Below, piece after piece: positions 18,749-29,062 of a stretch of DNA of 64,000 nt. The translations under genes were made by a program, and so were the position numbers. The notes beneath the pieces were generated by a model, which saw nothing but the letters and a program-made list of their open reading frames with translations, was not told the DNA's origin and ran no database searches. Each line of letters starts with the position of its first letter. Position 1 is the first letter of the stretch. This DNA comes from a virus. The stretch covers positions 1-64,000 of IMG/VR virus record IMGVR_UViG_3300027749_000049. One strand, written 5' to 3'.

Positions 18749-20715
18749 AAGATTTTATAGCAAATAGTGGAAGCCGAACTCAGATGAAGCTTTCTGACCT
18801 TGATCAGGAGAATAGTGCGATTTGGACGACAGTTAAGGTACAACAATTACTTGATGATTTTGAAAATGGTGTGATTGATATTAAAACAATCAAAAATTCG
18901 CCATTTAAAGATAATGATCCAGTTTGGAAAAAGGCAAATATTGTATTTGAATATACACCAGAAGAGCTTGAAGAAATCCGAAAATGTAAATCTGATCCAG
19001 TTTATTTTGCCGGTAAATATGCTCAAGTAATGCAGGAGCAAGGTATTGAGCAAATTATCTTACGCGACTATCAAGAAGAAATTATCCGATCATTTAAGAA
19101 TAATCGATTTAATTGCTTAATGGCAAGTCGTCAAATTGGAAAGACTGTAATGTCTGGCGTATTTATTGCCTGGTACTTAATATTCCATACTGATAAAAAT
19201 GTCCTGGCGGTAGCGAATATTGCAACAACTACTAAAGAGGTATTAGATAAAATTAAATCAGTACTTGAAAATCTACCGTTCTTCCTAAAACCTGGCTGTA
19301 TTTCAAATAACGTAATGTCAATGAAATTTGACAATGGCTGCCGATTAATTGGGCGTACTACAACTAAAAATACCGGTATTGGTTTTACAATTCACGTATT
19401 ATACATTGACGAGTTTGCGCATATTAATCCATCTTATTTAGACTTTTTTTATCGAGCAATTTATCCTACTATTTCAGCATCAAAGAACTCAAAAATCATA
19501 ATAACTTCAACTCCAAATGGCATGAATCGCTTTTATCAAATTTACATGGATGCAATGAATCATAATAATGAATACGTTCCATTAAGGGTAGATTGGTGGC
19601 AAGTCCCAGGTCGTGATGACGAATGGAAGCAATCAACCATTGCAAACTTAGGTTCAGAAGAAGATTTTAATCAGGAATATGGCCTACAATTCTTTTCATC
19701 GGATAAGTTGCTATTACCATCAAAGGATCTTAAGAAAATATTTAATTTACGCACATCATATATCACCCCAGAATGGGCTCAAAGCCCAGATCATTTAGTA
19801 CTATTAGATGGCTTTACGGTTCACCCAAACCTTGCCAAATTAACACCAGATGATATTAAAAACGATGGTAATAACTATATTTTTGCAATTGATACAGCTG
19901 ATGGATTAGGTAGAGATTATTCAGTAATTAATATTTTTAAATTAGCCGCTCTTCCTCTAAAAATGCTAGATCAAGTAAAAGACTTTATTAAAAATGAAGG
20001 TGATATTTTTACACTAGTGCAAGTTGCAACTTTTAGATCAAACAAAAAAGATATTAACGAATACTGTAATACTTTAGAACATTTGTTGTATAATATCTTT
20101 AATCCTGAAAAAGTTAAACTTTTAATTGAGCTTAACCACAAAGGCGAATGGGTAATGGATAAGCTAACACAAAATGAGGATTTTTGGCCAGGTCAAGTAA
20201 TTCACTCAAAACATACAACCACTTCAATAAATTGGAAACCTGGATTAAAAATGACAGAGACCAATAAAACTAAATACTGCGAGCGATTTAAGTATTTAGC
20301 TGCAGTAAATAAAATTTTACCAAATGAACATAAAACAGTTCATGAACTTGGTGCATTTGGCCGATCAAGTAATGGTAATTACCGAAGCCAAAGCGGTAAT
20401 GACGATTTAGCAATCACATGTGTTGAAACGGCGGCATTCTTTGAATCACCAAACTTTTGGGAATTAGTAAATGAAGAACTTGACAGATTACCAAAAGAGT
20501 ATTTGTCAAAAGTATATTCATTATATTTAGGCGAATCGTATCTTGGAAATTCATCAGGATTTGATCACTCTGCACTAAGGGAATTAAATACAACCGCTGA
20601 GGTTAAAAAACCGGGTAAACTGGTTAATGTATTTGATGAAATGACGATAGATCAAATAAAAAGAACCCGTGACACCTTTTACGGAAATAATTCAAAGTCA
20701 GGCTATGAAACATGA
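18745..20715 (+). CDS. terL: Terminase large subunit (T4 gp17-like)
   Basis: LRDYQ Q-motif, Walker A SRQIGKT, Walker B LYIDEFAH, TSTPNG, nuclease IDTADG...DYS and NDDL. Confidence 0.95.
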   Translation: MKDFIANSGSRTQMKLSDLDQENSAIWTTVKVQQLLDDFENGVIDIKTIKNSPFKDNDPVWKKANIVFEYTPEELEEIRKCKSDPVYFAGKYAQVMQEQGIEQIILRDYQEEIIRSFKNNRFNCLMASRQIGKTVMSGVFIAWYLIFHTDKNVLAVANIATTTKEVLDKIKSVLENLPFFLKPGCISNNVMSMKFDNGCRLIGRTTTKNTGIGFTIHVLYIDEFAHINPSYLDFFYRAIYPTISASKNSKIIITSTPNGMNRFYQIYMDAMNHNNEYVPLRVDWWQVPGRDDEWKQSTIANLGSEEDFNQEYGLQFFSSDKLLLPSKDLKKIFNLRTSYITPEWAQSPDHLVLLDGFTVHPNLAKLTPDDIKNDGNNYIFAIDTADGLGRDYSVINIFKLAALPLKMLDQVKDFIKNEGDIFTLVQVATFRSNKKDINEYCNTLEHLLYNIFNPEKVKLLIELNHKGEWVMDKLTQNEDFWPGQVIHSKHTTTSINWKPGLKMTETNKTKYCERFKYLAAVNKILPNEHKTVHELGAFGRSSNGNYRSQSGNDDLAITCVETAAFFESPNFWELVNEELDRLPKEYLSKVYSLYLGESYLGNSSGFDHSALRELNTTAEVKKPGKLVNVFDEMTIDQIKRTRDTFYGNNSKSGYET

Positions 20716-21016
20716 TGATTTTTTAAAATTCGACTATGGCACTAACAAAAAGCAAATTTTTGATATAGTAGTTGCCCAAATAGATGTAGCCCTTTCGGAA
20801 AAAAGGCCACATATCTATATTAAAAAATTAAAAATTGTTGATGAAGAATTAGATGTTATTGCGGAAAGTAAAGATTGGCCGGATTGCTTAACTAAAGCAC
20901 TTGCCTTTTACAAGCAAATTGAAGATTATGAATCTTGTTCAAAATGCCAAAAAATATTGGATAAGATCAATACCAAACCTAAAACTAAAAAAAGAACCAC
21001 TAAATCTAATGGCTGA
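20705..21016 (+). CDS. Hypothetical protein with UVR-like helical motif
   Basis: ATG at 20705; ALAFYKQIEDYESC..C motif. Confidence 0.6.
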   Translation: MKHDDFLKFDYGTNKKQIFDIVVAQIDVALSEKRPHIYIKKLKIVDEELDVIAESKDWPDCLTKALAFYKQIEDYESCSKCQKILDKINTKPKTKKRTTKSNG

Positions 21017-21731
21017 AAGACCGCAATCAAAGAGAAAAACTCAATCTTTTAAACCTGAATTAACTGAAAAGGAGTTACGTCAAATTAGCTTAAAACCTTC
21101 ACAGGCTGATTATTTACAAAAGATTATGTCCAGCGAAATAACTTTATGTTATGGGCCGGCTGGTACAAGTAAAACGTTTACTGCATGTCTAGCGGCACTA
21201 AAACTTTACCTAGGTGGAAAAATTAAAAAGATTATCCTATCTAAACCTATTCAGGAGTCTGGAGAGAAACTTGGATTTTTACCTGGAGAAATAAAAGATA
21301 AAATTGATCCATTTATGGAAAGTTATCGATCAAATTTGGTAAAATTATTAAATGATCCCAATAATGTTGGTTGGTTAGAAACTGCTGGAGTTATTGAATT
21401 TAGACCTCTTGCCTATATGAGAGGTGCTACCTTTGATAATTGTTTAATGATTTTAGATGAGGCACAAAATGCTGATTTTAAACAGTTAATGCTATTCATT
21501 ACTAGGATGGGTAAAGATTCTAAGGTATTAATATGTGGAGATGTAAGCCAATATGATATAGCAAAGAGTAAAGTAGCTCTACCTGATTTTATTGAATTGC
21601 TTAGCGGAATCAATGGATTAAGTATTCATACCTTTAAAGACGAAGATATTGTGAGAAATAAAATACTAATCCAGATAACTGAAAGATATGATAAATGGAA
21701 ATCTGCTAACCCAAACAAATACACCAACTAA
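21009..21731 (+). CDS. phoH: PhoH-like ATPase
   Basis: GPAGTSKT, LGFLPG, YMRGATF, LDEAQN and GDVSQ motifs; start at ATG 21009. Confidence 0.95.
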   Translation: MAERPQSKRKTQSFKPELTEKELRQISLKPSQADYLQKIMSSEITLCYGPAGTSKTFTACLAALKLYLGGKIKKIILSKPIQESGEKLGFLPGEIKDKIDPFMESYRSNLVKLLNDPNNVGWLETAGVIEFRPLAYMRGATFDNCLMILDEAQNADFKQLMLFITRMGKDSKVLICGDVSQYDIAKSKVALPDFIELLSGINGLSIHTFKDEDIVRNKILIQITERYDKWKSANPNKYTN

Positions 21732-21740
21732 CCCGACTAC

Positions 21741-22367
21741 ATGAGCGCATACGATCTACTGAATAAGCAATTAAATGACGAAATGCAAAGTCTTGCTGAA
21801 CTTATCAAAACCGGCAAATATAAAGAAAAAGATCGAAATCGGCTAGCCTCAATCATGTACCCAAAATTAAAATATTTTATTTGGAAATTTTTTAATGACG
21901 CAGATGAAACTGATGAGGTATTACACAATACCCTTTTTAAAATATTTAAAGGAATTGCATCGTATAGTGATAGTTATCGATTTACTACTTGGATTTATAC
22001 AATTGCAAAAAATGAGGCATTACTTCATCAACATAAATTAAAGCAGCAATATGCAATAAGTTTAGATAATTTAACTAAACCATTAAATATACCAGATAAT
22101 TCAGCAGAGACCTTTGAAAAGGAAGTATATTTTGATGATTTATATAATATGACTAAGTTTGAAATTAATGCCTTACCTGAATGTATTGAAAAGTCAATAT
22201 TAATCGATAAAGAATTACATCATATGCGAGGTAATGAAATTGCTGAGAAATATGAAATGAATCTAAATACGGTTAAAACTAAAATCAGAAAAGCTCGTAA
22301 AATGTTAAAAGAGGCCGTGTTGACTAAAAATCCTCACATGGTTGATAAACTTGGAGAATATTTTTAA
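21741..22367 (+). CDS. ECF-type RNA polymerase sigma factor
   Basis: Region 2 (FTTWIYTIAKN) and region 4 HTH (EIAEKYEMNLNTVKTKIRKARKML). Confidence 0.88.
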   Translation: MSAYDLLNKQLNDEMQSLAELIKTGKYKEKDRNRLASIMYPKLKYFIWKFFNDADETDEVLHNTLFKIFKGIASYSDSYRFTTWIYTIAKNEALLHQHKLKQQYAISLDNLTKPLNIPDNSAETFEKEVYFDDLYNMTKFEINALPECIEKSILIDKELHHMRGNEIAEKYEMNLNTVKTKIRKARKMLKEAVLTKNPHMVDKLGEYF

Positions 22368-22369
22368 TT

Positions 22370-22876
22370 ATGAAACTACTTAACTATTTAAACCCAATTG
22401 ATGCATTTAGCTCAGCTAAACTAATTGTAAAGGACATTAGCAATTATCTTTTTTACCGAAAGAAAATAACTGGACTGGAAGAGTCAGGTTTTATCAAAGG
22501 CTTTAAGATGCGAGCCGATTTACTAAAGCGAGTATACTATGTTATTAACCTTGAACCTGAAACGCTATTGGCAACTGGCGATTTAATTGATCTTGAAAAA
22601 AGTAGAGTATTTGATTCGGTTTCTAAGTTTCAAAATAAATTCGCAGATCTAAATCTTACTGAAATAGTGGATATTTCAACAAAACGAATTAAATCTGCTG
22701 ATTATTATGCCTATTTGGTTTGGGTAAAGTGTAAATTCTTCTCGGAAAGGTCAGATTTTTTTAGAGTTATTGTATTTGGTGCTGCTTTATATTATGCAAT
22801 TAGCACCGGGTTGTGGATTTATCACAATAATGCTGATGTGCAACTATGGATAACAAATAAACTAACTACCAAGTAA
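22370..22876 (+). CDS. Hypothetical protein with C-terminal TM segment
   Basis: 168-aa ORF with a hydrophobic C-terminus. Confidence 0.6.
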   Translation: MKLLNYLNPIDAFSSAKLIVKDISNYLFYRKKITGLEESGFIKGFKMRADLLKRVYYVINLEPETLLATGDLIDLEKSRVFDSVSKFQNKFADLNLTEIVDISTKRIKSADYYAYLVWVKCKFFSERSDFFRVIVFGAALYYAISTGLWIYHNNADVQLWITNKLTTK

Positions 22877-22903
22877 ATAAATAACCAAAAAGATATTTTA
22901 ACC

Positions 22904-23194
22904 ATGAATTTTATTAAACTTCATTTTGAAAAATTTGTGTTGGCATTTATGCTAATTGTATTTCTTCAACAGTGTAATAATTCTAGTCGACTTTCTAAAA
23001 TTGAAAAACAGGACAAAATTACAAATGCACAATTAGATTCACTGTGTACTACTAAAGAACTTAATAAGTACCTTGAAATTGAAGGATTAAAAGCTGAAAA
23101 GCGCATGATCCAATCTACTGATCGTAAAATCTTTGATGTTAATCGTCAATCTGAAATTGATTTACAAATTAAAAAATTAGAATCTTCTAAATAA
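22904..23194 (+). CDS. Hypothetical membrane-anchored protein
   Basis: N-terminal hydrophobic helix ending QQC; ATAAATA at 22877-22883. Confidence 0.6.
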   Translation: MNFIKLHFEKFVLAFMLIVFLQQCNNSSRLSKIEKQDKITNAQLDSLCTTKELNKYLEIEGLKAEKRMIQSTDRKIFDVNRQSEIDLQIKKLESSK

Positions 23195-23967
23195 TGAGTA
23201 AAAAAGCCGTTAGTTATTTTATAATAGGCACGTTTGTTACGCTATATTTGCTGGTTTCAATAATTTCAACAATTCACGTTATTGACTTTTTTAGCCTGTC
23301 TAATCCTCAGTGGCTAGCAATAAGTTTAGCAATTGCGTTTGAGGTTGGAGCAGCAGCGTCACTTGCCTCACTTATTACCCTTGATAAAATGAATAAGGGT
23401 ATTGTTTGGATGCTATTTCTTTTATTAACTGCAATGCAGGCAATGGGAAATATGTATTATGCGTATGTTCACTTAACCAATTTCCAAGGCTGGATAGAAT
23501 TATTTGGCTTAGTCGAAGAAGAATTAATTTATCAAAAACGGGTTCTTTCTATTGTAAGTGGTGCAATTTTACCAATTGTTGCACTTGGATTTATTAAATC
23601 ACTGGTTGACTATATTAAACCTGATAATAAAGTAGGCGAAATTATTAATCCTCAAATAACTGATGCAGTTACCCAAGTAGCTAAAGAAACTTCAGTTATT
23701 ATATCTGAGCCAATAGTTGAAACTACAACTCAGCCAATTGAACCTTCTTATCTTTCTAAAATCAGTATTGAAATGCCGGATGTTAAACCTGCTGAAATTA
23801 ATGAACCTAACTTAAATGAGGTTTCTAAAACAGCAGTTGATGTTCAAGAAATTGCGGCCGAACCTAAGGTAGATAATAATATACAAAGAGAACGCAAAAT
23901 AGACAAAGAATTAGCTAGAGGCAGTAATCCTGGTTCTGGTAAAATAATGTTTAATGATCGCCCTTAA
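23194..23967 (+). CDS. Multi-pass membrane protein
   Basis: About four TM helices in the first 140 aa and an acidic low-complexity tail. Confidence 0.65.
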   Translation: MSKKAVSYFIIGTFVTLYLLVSIISTIHVIDFFSLSNPQWLAISLAIAFEVGAAASLASLITLDKMNKGIVWMLFLLLTAMQAMGNMYYAYVHLTNFQGWIELFGLVEEELIYQKRVLSIVSGAILPIVALGFIKSLVDYIKPDNKVGEIINPQITDAVTQVAKETSVIISEPIVETTTQPIEPSYLSKISIEMPDVKPAEINEPNLNEVSKTAVDVQEIAAEPKVDNNIQRERKIDKELARGSNPGSGKIMFNDRP

Positions 23968-23982
23968 AAAAGTCTACTATGA

Positions 23983-24702
23983 ATGGCATATATTAATTTT
24001 CAAGATGATCCAATTGCAAAAAGATTTAATAATTCTTTTGCAAATCTGTGTGCAGGTGACCCAACTAAAAAGGTCTTAAAATTATTAGACAAATGTTTTA
24101 ATATCTATAATAAAGGTCAATCTGAAGCAAGTTTTTGTAATCTAAAGGACTTTCTTTATCCAGTTGATAGTTATCAAGTAATTAACTTTGAAGTTTGTGC
24201 AGGTGATACTTTATCAATATTTGATAATAATTTAGGGAATCAAATTAGCTCAGTTAGCCCAGGAGATCCAGATCCAGCTCATCCTGGTGATTTTATCTCA
24301 GTTGACATAAATTATCCATTTGATATAAGCTCAGAATATATGGCTCATGCAGGTAGTGACCTATCTCCAGAATATTATATTTTGCCTAATGACCGAAATT
24401 TCAGTAGAGGCTGCCTTTTATATATTGAATACCCTAAGACTAATAAAATGGGAGAAGATATTATGCCAGCAAATATGTCAAGTAATATAACATTAGGCTC
24501 ATTTAGTAATGGTTCAACTAGTTCTATAACATTGCCGGTTGCTCAATTCTTTTCTAACTTCAGTAACCCTGAGACGCTTAACGCAAATAACCTAATAAAT
24601 AAGATAGAGATAACTAACCCTAATCCTAATTTCAGTATTAAGGTATCAGGTTTAATAGTCTATGTAAAAAGTAATAACGATCCAAATGATTGTGCTTGCT
24701 AA
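23983..24702 (+). CDS. Hypothetical (likely structural) protein
   Basis: 239-aa ORF in the late operon. Confidence 0.6.
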   Translation: MAYINFQDDPIAKRFNNSFANLCAGDPTKKVLKLLDKCFNIYNKGQSEASFCNLKDFLYPVDSYQVINFEVCAGDTLSIFDNNLGNQISSVSPGDPDPAHPGDFISVDINYPFDISSEYMAHAGSDLSPEYYILPNDRNFSRGCLLYIEYPKTNKMGEDIMPANMSSNITLGSFSNGSTSSITLPVAQFFSNFSNPETLNANNLINKIEITNPNPNFSIKVSGLIVYVKSNNDPNDCAC

Positions 24703-24717
24703 AAATATTAAAACCAA

Positions 24718-25050
24718 ATGAACACTACTATTGCTAAAATTTTAAAAACCCACACTGATTCAGATAATGGAACCAATTATACTCCAGTCTTTGTTAATCA
24801 AAGTTCTAGAAATATTACTGATTTAGATACTGGCGTAGGCTACTATACTGATACATTTTTTGGAATTCACAATCCAAACAGTTCAGCAGTTACAGTAAAT
24901 GTAAAAACTGCTGCTCAGGGAATTTCTGGAGATGGAGTAGACGTTAGAATTAATGCAGGCGACACATTCTATGCAGTAATTTCAAAAATAACAGTTGCGA
25001 ATGGAGTTACTGTAGCATTACTTGCAATTCCATCTACTTTTAGCCGATAA
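24718..25050 (+). CDS. Hypothetical beta-rich protein
   Basis: 110-aa ORF. Confidence 0.6.
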   Translation: MNTTIAKILKTHTDSDNGTNYTPVFVNQSSRNITDLDTGVGYYTDTFFGIHNPNSSAVTVNVKTAAQGISGDGVDVRINAGDTFYAVISKITVANGVTVALLAIPSTFSR

Positions 25051-25502
25051 TGGTACCAGTATTAACCTTTGGTCAAAGACAACAAGCAATGAAAGGTCTG
25101 CCTTTTTATGGAAGAGGCGACTTTAGTTTTGTGTCAAACCGTAGTGGTTTTACCAATGGTATATCAGTTCAGCTATTACCGTTATCCGATCTTTCGCTAC
25201 CTCAGCAAATTGAAGTTGACGATTTTGATCAAGAAATAAAGAAACTTAATAACCTATTTAAAAAAGGTTCACGTCTTGGTGGAGTAGTTGTTAACTCAAC
25301 CTTTAAAAACTCCAAAGGCAATCCAGATAGCATTATTGGAAAATTTGATAGTTTTAAAATCGATACCAAGCATAAAACAATTAGAGCATTCATTCGAGAT
25401 ACAAATTCAATGAAACTAGTTGAAGTTTACCCAGAGACTCTATCTAAACTAAATGAGTCCAATTCCCATCTAGCAAAAACCTTTCTAGAGTTTTTGATAT
25501 AA
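25050..25502 (+). CDS. Hypothetical protein with C-terminal LNE...KTFLEFL tag
   Basis: 150-aa ORF ending LNESNSHLAKTFLEFLI. Confidence 0.6.
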   Translation: MVPVLTFGQRQQAMKGLPFYGRGDFSFVSNRSGFTNGISVQLLPLSDLSLPQQIEVDDFDQEIKKLNNLFKKGSRLGGVVVNSTFKNSKGNPDSIIGKFDSFKIDTKHKTIRAFIRDTNSMKLVEVYPETLSKLNESNSHLAKTFLEFLI

Positions 25503-25522
25503 TTTAATAAACAAAGTATTTA

Positions 25523-26551
25523 ATGGCAGAAGACAATAACACTCCGAATGTGGAGGATGCAGCATTGGCCTTTTTAGAAAAGGAAGATGTAAAGTATGGT
25601 AAGAATACGAATAGCCCAATTGATTCCAACCCAGCTGAACCTGGATCTCCAATAAGTAGTTTAGGCCAAGCAATTTCGCTTCAACCTACTTCAACTGTTT
25701 CTGGAGCTAATGATAATTATTGGAAAAATATTCCATTAGCAAATTTACCATCAAGGGGTATGTTCTATGCAGAAGGTTCAGAATTAACAATTAGAGCAGC
25801 AACTGTTTCTGAAATTAGGCACTGGTCTACCATTGATGAATCCGATGTATTAGATATTGATGATAAGTTAAATTTTATTATTGAAAAGTGTACCCGATTC
25901 AAAATTAAAGGCGGTCAGTCTTGGTTAACTTGGAGAGATATTGCAGAAGTAGATCGTCTCTATATTATTTTCATAATTCACGAAATTACTTTCCCTGAAG
26001 GCCAAAATGAACTTTCCACAAAACTTGAGTGTACTCAAACCTGTGCAGAAGATGGAGGTTGGTCAGATGATGTTAAAGTTAGAAGTAGCATGTTACAATT
26101 ATTTGATATGCCTGAAGAAATTAATCAATGGTATTCTGCACAATATCGTTGCTTTGAAGTAGTTTCTCCAAAACTAAATGAGACCTTTTATTTGTATATG
26201 CCAACTCTTGGTGTAATTGAAAGACTTCGTAAACGAATTTCTGAAGCCAAATCACAGAGTAAAACAATTGATAAGTCATTTATTAAAGTTGCTCCATATC
26301 TTGTACAAGATTGGTCAAAATTCGGTCAACCTGAATATGCAGCAAGTCAATCTGAAACTTTTAATTGGCACCTTAATAAATTTACATTTGTTACTAAGTT
26401 TGCTGAACTAATGCAAGGTTCAAGAGAAAGTGTCTTAACTACTGTCTGCCCTAAATGTGGATCAACATTATCCAGTTCAATTTTTTCGTCAGACAGCTTC
26501 ACGATCAAAGATCTTTTCCTTATTTCAGGTAGACTTAATGAACTTATTTGA
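25523..26551 (+). CDS. Baseplate hub assembly protein / tail chaperone (T4 gp26-like)
   Basis: LPSRGMFY motif and Cys pairs (CTQTC, CPKCG). Confidence 0.65.
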   Translation: MAEDNNTPNVEDAALAFLEKEDVKYGKNTNSPIDSNPAEPGSPISSLGQAISLQPTSTVSGANDNYWKNIPLANLPSRGMFYAEGSELTIRAATVSEIRHWSTIDESDVLDIDDKLNFIIEKCTRFKIKGGQSWLTWRDIAEVDRLYIIFIIHEITFPEGQNELSTKLECTQTCAEDGGWSDDVKVRSSMLQLFDMPEEINQWYSAQYRCFEVVSPKLNETFYLYMPTLGVIERLRKRISEAKSQSKTIDKSFIKVAPYLVQDWSKFGQPEYAASQSETFNWHLNKFTFVTKFAELMQGSRESVLTTVCPKCGSTLSSSIFSSDSFTIKDLFLISGRLNELI

Positions 26552-26708
26552 GACTAATCGTCTCTTGGCCGTGAAGCTGAACCAATCGATCAACGAACTT
26601 TATTCATTACCTTTATATGAATATTTAAGTTACGTTAAATTTTTAGTAAATGAATCTGGCGAAAATAGCCAGCAAACTTTTGAAATCCAGACTGGACTTG
26701 ATGACTAA
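26538..26708 (+). CDS. Baseplate hub assembly catalyst (T4 gp51-like)
   Basis: NLFETNRLLAVKLNQSINELYSLPLYEY resembles gp51; it follows the gp26-like gene as in T4-like phages. Confidence 0.55.
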   Translation: MNLFETNRLLAVKLNQSINELYSLPLYEYLSYVKFLVNESGENSQQTFEIQTGLDD

Positions 26709-26758
26709 CACTCTCAAGTCCTTCTTTTTTTAATAAATAACTAAAAGAACTTAATTAA

Positions 26759-28198
26759 GTGAAATACAATTTAAACTACTCAACTGTCTTTGAATTACTT
26801 CCGACTGGCGTAGATAAGCAGTCAGTCTTTGTAATTAGGGTTGTAAATATTGAAACTGGAACGATAGTCGCCAATGCTGAAGAACTTGGCTCTTTAAAAT
26901 CCGCTTATAAATCAGCAATTGGCCAAATAAAAACTCAACTCGCTGACGAAAAGATTGAGGGCGTAATTTTACCAAGCGTAAATCAAATAAATCAAGGAGT
27001 TACTAGTTTATCGCCGTCTGAACCTTTGCCTGGGAGCCTTATCTCATCAAGCGTTACTGAATTAACTCCGGCTGCTGTTTTAGATAGCGCAATTAATAAA
27101 TCAACAACAGCTAGTACTATTCCAACTAGCGAAACGGTTTTATCAAAAGAAACAGCAAAACCTTCTCCTAATCTACCAGTAACTGCAAATATTAAACCGG
27201 CTAAAATTGAACAGCCTTCACCTAAACCTGAAGAGCAGGTTAAATTAACTTCGCCTGACCAAACTAGTGCAATTGCTGCAACTAGCGGAAATGTTGCTAG
27301 CATTGCAAGTACGCCAGCGATTCAAGCTCAAACTCCGGCTCCTTTAATTGCAAATACCACAATTAATAATAATATTACAAACTCTAAATCTGAATCAGCT
27401 AATAATTCAAATAGTGCAGTAAATTCAAAAAACGTATTAAATAATGAGGCTAACTCTGAAAAGAATACTAGTTCAACTTCTATATCTGAAAAAACTAAAA
27501 GCATAACCGTTGAATCTGATCCTACTGTTAAAATGCTTGAGACATTAATGGGAATACCTCAATCCGCAACTAAAAATGAAGTCTCAACCGTTAATCAAAA
27601 ATCAGCTAATTTAAGTTCTGTAAATAAAACAAAAGAGTCAATTAATTCCAAGCTTTCAAATGTACTTAAATCAACAGTTGATAATAAGTTGTCTACTTCA
27701 ACTAAGGAAGAAGAAGAGACTAAAGCAAATCAGGCAATGTTAAATACCTTAATGGGAATACCAAATATTCCTGAATCTACTGAAGTCAATAAAACGAATA
27801 TTAATAAAACAAATACAAATGAATCAGTTAACGTAAAATCTACTAAATTGGTTGAATCCTCTAGTGTAAAAAAAATGTTGGAACCAGATAAAACATTAGA
27901 AAAGAGTGTAGGCAAATTATCAAAAGATTTACCAGCTGCTGTAAATAACCTAAGTTCATCAGTTACCTCAATGAATCCTCAAACAAGCTCATCAAGTTCA
28001 ATTACCAATGAAGGTAATAACGTTGATCAAAGTTCAAAAACTGTAATTAATCAAAACTCTGGACAAACTGGCCCACAAGAACAAACTTCTCGACCTAAAG
28101 AAATGGGACAACCTCCACAAAGTAGCGATTTTTATCTACAAGGAATCTATGCTGCTCTTATGTCTGGCAAAATCAAAGTAAAACTTGAATATCAATAA
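26759..28198 (+). CDS. Low-complexity Ser/Thr/Asn/Pro-rich protein (tail/baseplate-hub position)
   Basis: 479-aa ORF after the gp26/gp51-like pair; repeated ML(E/N)TLMGIP; ATAAATA at 26733-26739. Confidence 0.55.
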   Translation: MKYNLNYSTVFELLPTGVDKQSVFVIRVVNIETGTIVANAEELGSLKSAYKSAIGQIKTQLADEKIEGVILPSVNQINQGVTSLSPSEPLPGSLISSSVTELTPAAVLDSAINKSTTASTIPTSETVLSKETAKPSPNLPVTANIKPAKIEQPSPKPEEQVKLTSPDQTSAIAATSGNVASIASTPAIQAQTPAPLIANTTINNNITNSKSESANNSNSAVNSKNVLNNEANSEKNTSSTSISEKTKSITVESDPTVKMLETLMGIPQSATKNEVSTVNQKSANLSSVNKTKESINSKLSNVLKSTVDNKLSTSTKEEEETKANQAMLNTLMGIPNIPESTEVNKTNINKTNTNESVNVKSTKLVESSSVKKMLEPDKTLEKSVGKLSKDLPAAVNNLSSSVTSMNPQTSSSSSITNEGNNVDQSSKTVINQNSGQTGPQEQTSRPKEMGQPPQSSDFYLQGIYAALMSGKIKVKLEYQ

Positions 28199-28428
28199 TG
28201 GAATATTTAACTGAAATAAAAGAAATCGTAACTGAATACGATAAAATAAATGCTGGCTTATCTGAATTAGAGAAAATGGCAAATCTATTAGAGATTAGAA
28301 AGAATGAGTTAATGCATGCACTAGACTCTAACCGACTAAAGGAGAAAGCCCTAATAGATAAAATAGTAGAGGAAACTGGCAAAGCCCCTGACTATTATAA
28401 AATTATGCTGAACTTGAATGAACATTAA
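28198..28428 (+). CDS. Hypothetical coiled-coil protein
   Basis: 76-aa ORF translationally coupled (TAATG). Confidence 0.6.
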   Translation: MEYLTEIKEIVTEYDKINAGLSELEKMANLLEIRKNELMHALDSNRLKEKALIDKIVEETGKAPDYYKIMLNLNEH

Positions 28429-29050
28429 AGACTTACTTAAGCTTGACTTTAAAACATTAGCAGTAATTGTATTAATTATAATTATTATCCTAATGAGAGC
28501 CTGTGATGGTACTGGGGTTAAACCAGTAGATATAATTAAAGTTGATGGTAAAAAATATGAATTACTTAAACATACTATTGATACGGTATACATACCTAGG
28601 GATACTATTGTTTATAAAAGGGGTAAAGATATTTACCATGAAAAACCTGTATACATTAAACTTCCACTATCAATCGATACAATAGCGGTCCTTAATGACT
28701 ATTATTCAAAAAAGGTTTATATTGATACTTTACAATTAGCCGATTCATTAGGCTATATTATAGTGAATGATACTGTTTCTCAAAATACAGTATTGGGAAG
28801 ATTATGGAACGCCCAAGTAAATAAAATACAAATTAGAGAAACTGTAATAGTTAAAGAGCTTCCTAAAAATCAAGTATATATTGGTTTAGTTGGAGGCTTC
28901 GATAAAGTAAATGCTGTTAATTTTATAGGTCCATCAATATTATTAAAAACAAAAAGTGATAAAATATACAGTATAGGAGTTGGCTACTCTGCCAGTAAAA
29001 CAATCTCAATTCAAGGAAGTATTTACTGGAAAATTAAGCTAAAGAAATAA
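28418..29050 (+). CDS. Membrane-anchored hypothetical protein (spanin-like candidate)
   Basis: N-terminal TM helix, DTV repeats and amphipathic beta C-terminus. Confidence 0.55.
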   Translation: MNIKDLLKLDFKTLAVIVLIIIIILMRACDGTGVKPVDIIKVDGKKYELLKHTIDTVYIPRDTIVYKRGKDIYHEKPVYIKLPLSIDTIAVLNDYYSKKVYIDTLQLADSLGYIIVNDTVSQNTVLGRLWNAQVNKIQIRETVIVKELPKNQVYIGLVGGFDKVNAVNFIGPSILLKTKSDKIYSIGVGYSASKTISIQGSIYWKIKLKK

Positions 29051-29062
29051 CAATTAAAAACA

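Noticed and set aside
26457-26551. Tail-chaperone-type -1 frameshift between the gp26-like and gp51-like ORFs
   Set aside because: The downstream ORF is in the +1 frame, has its own ATG at 26538, and no in-frame canonical slippery heptamer is present.
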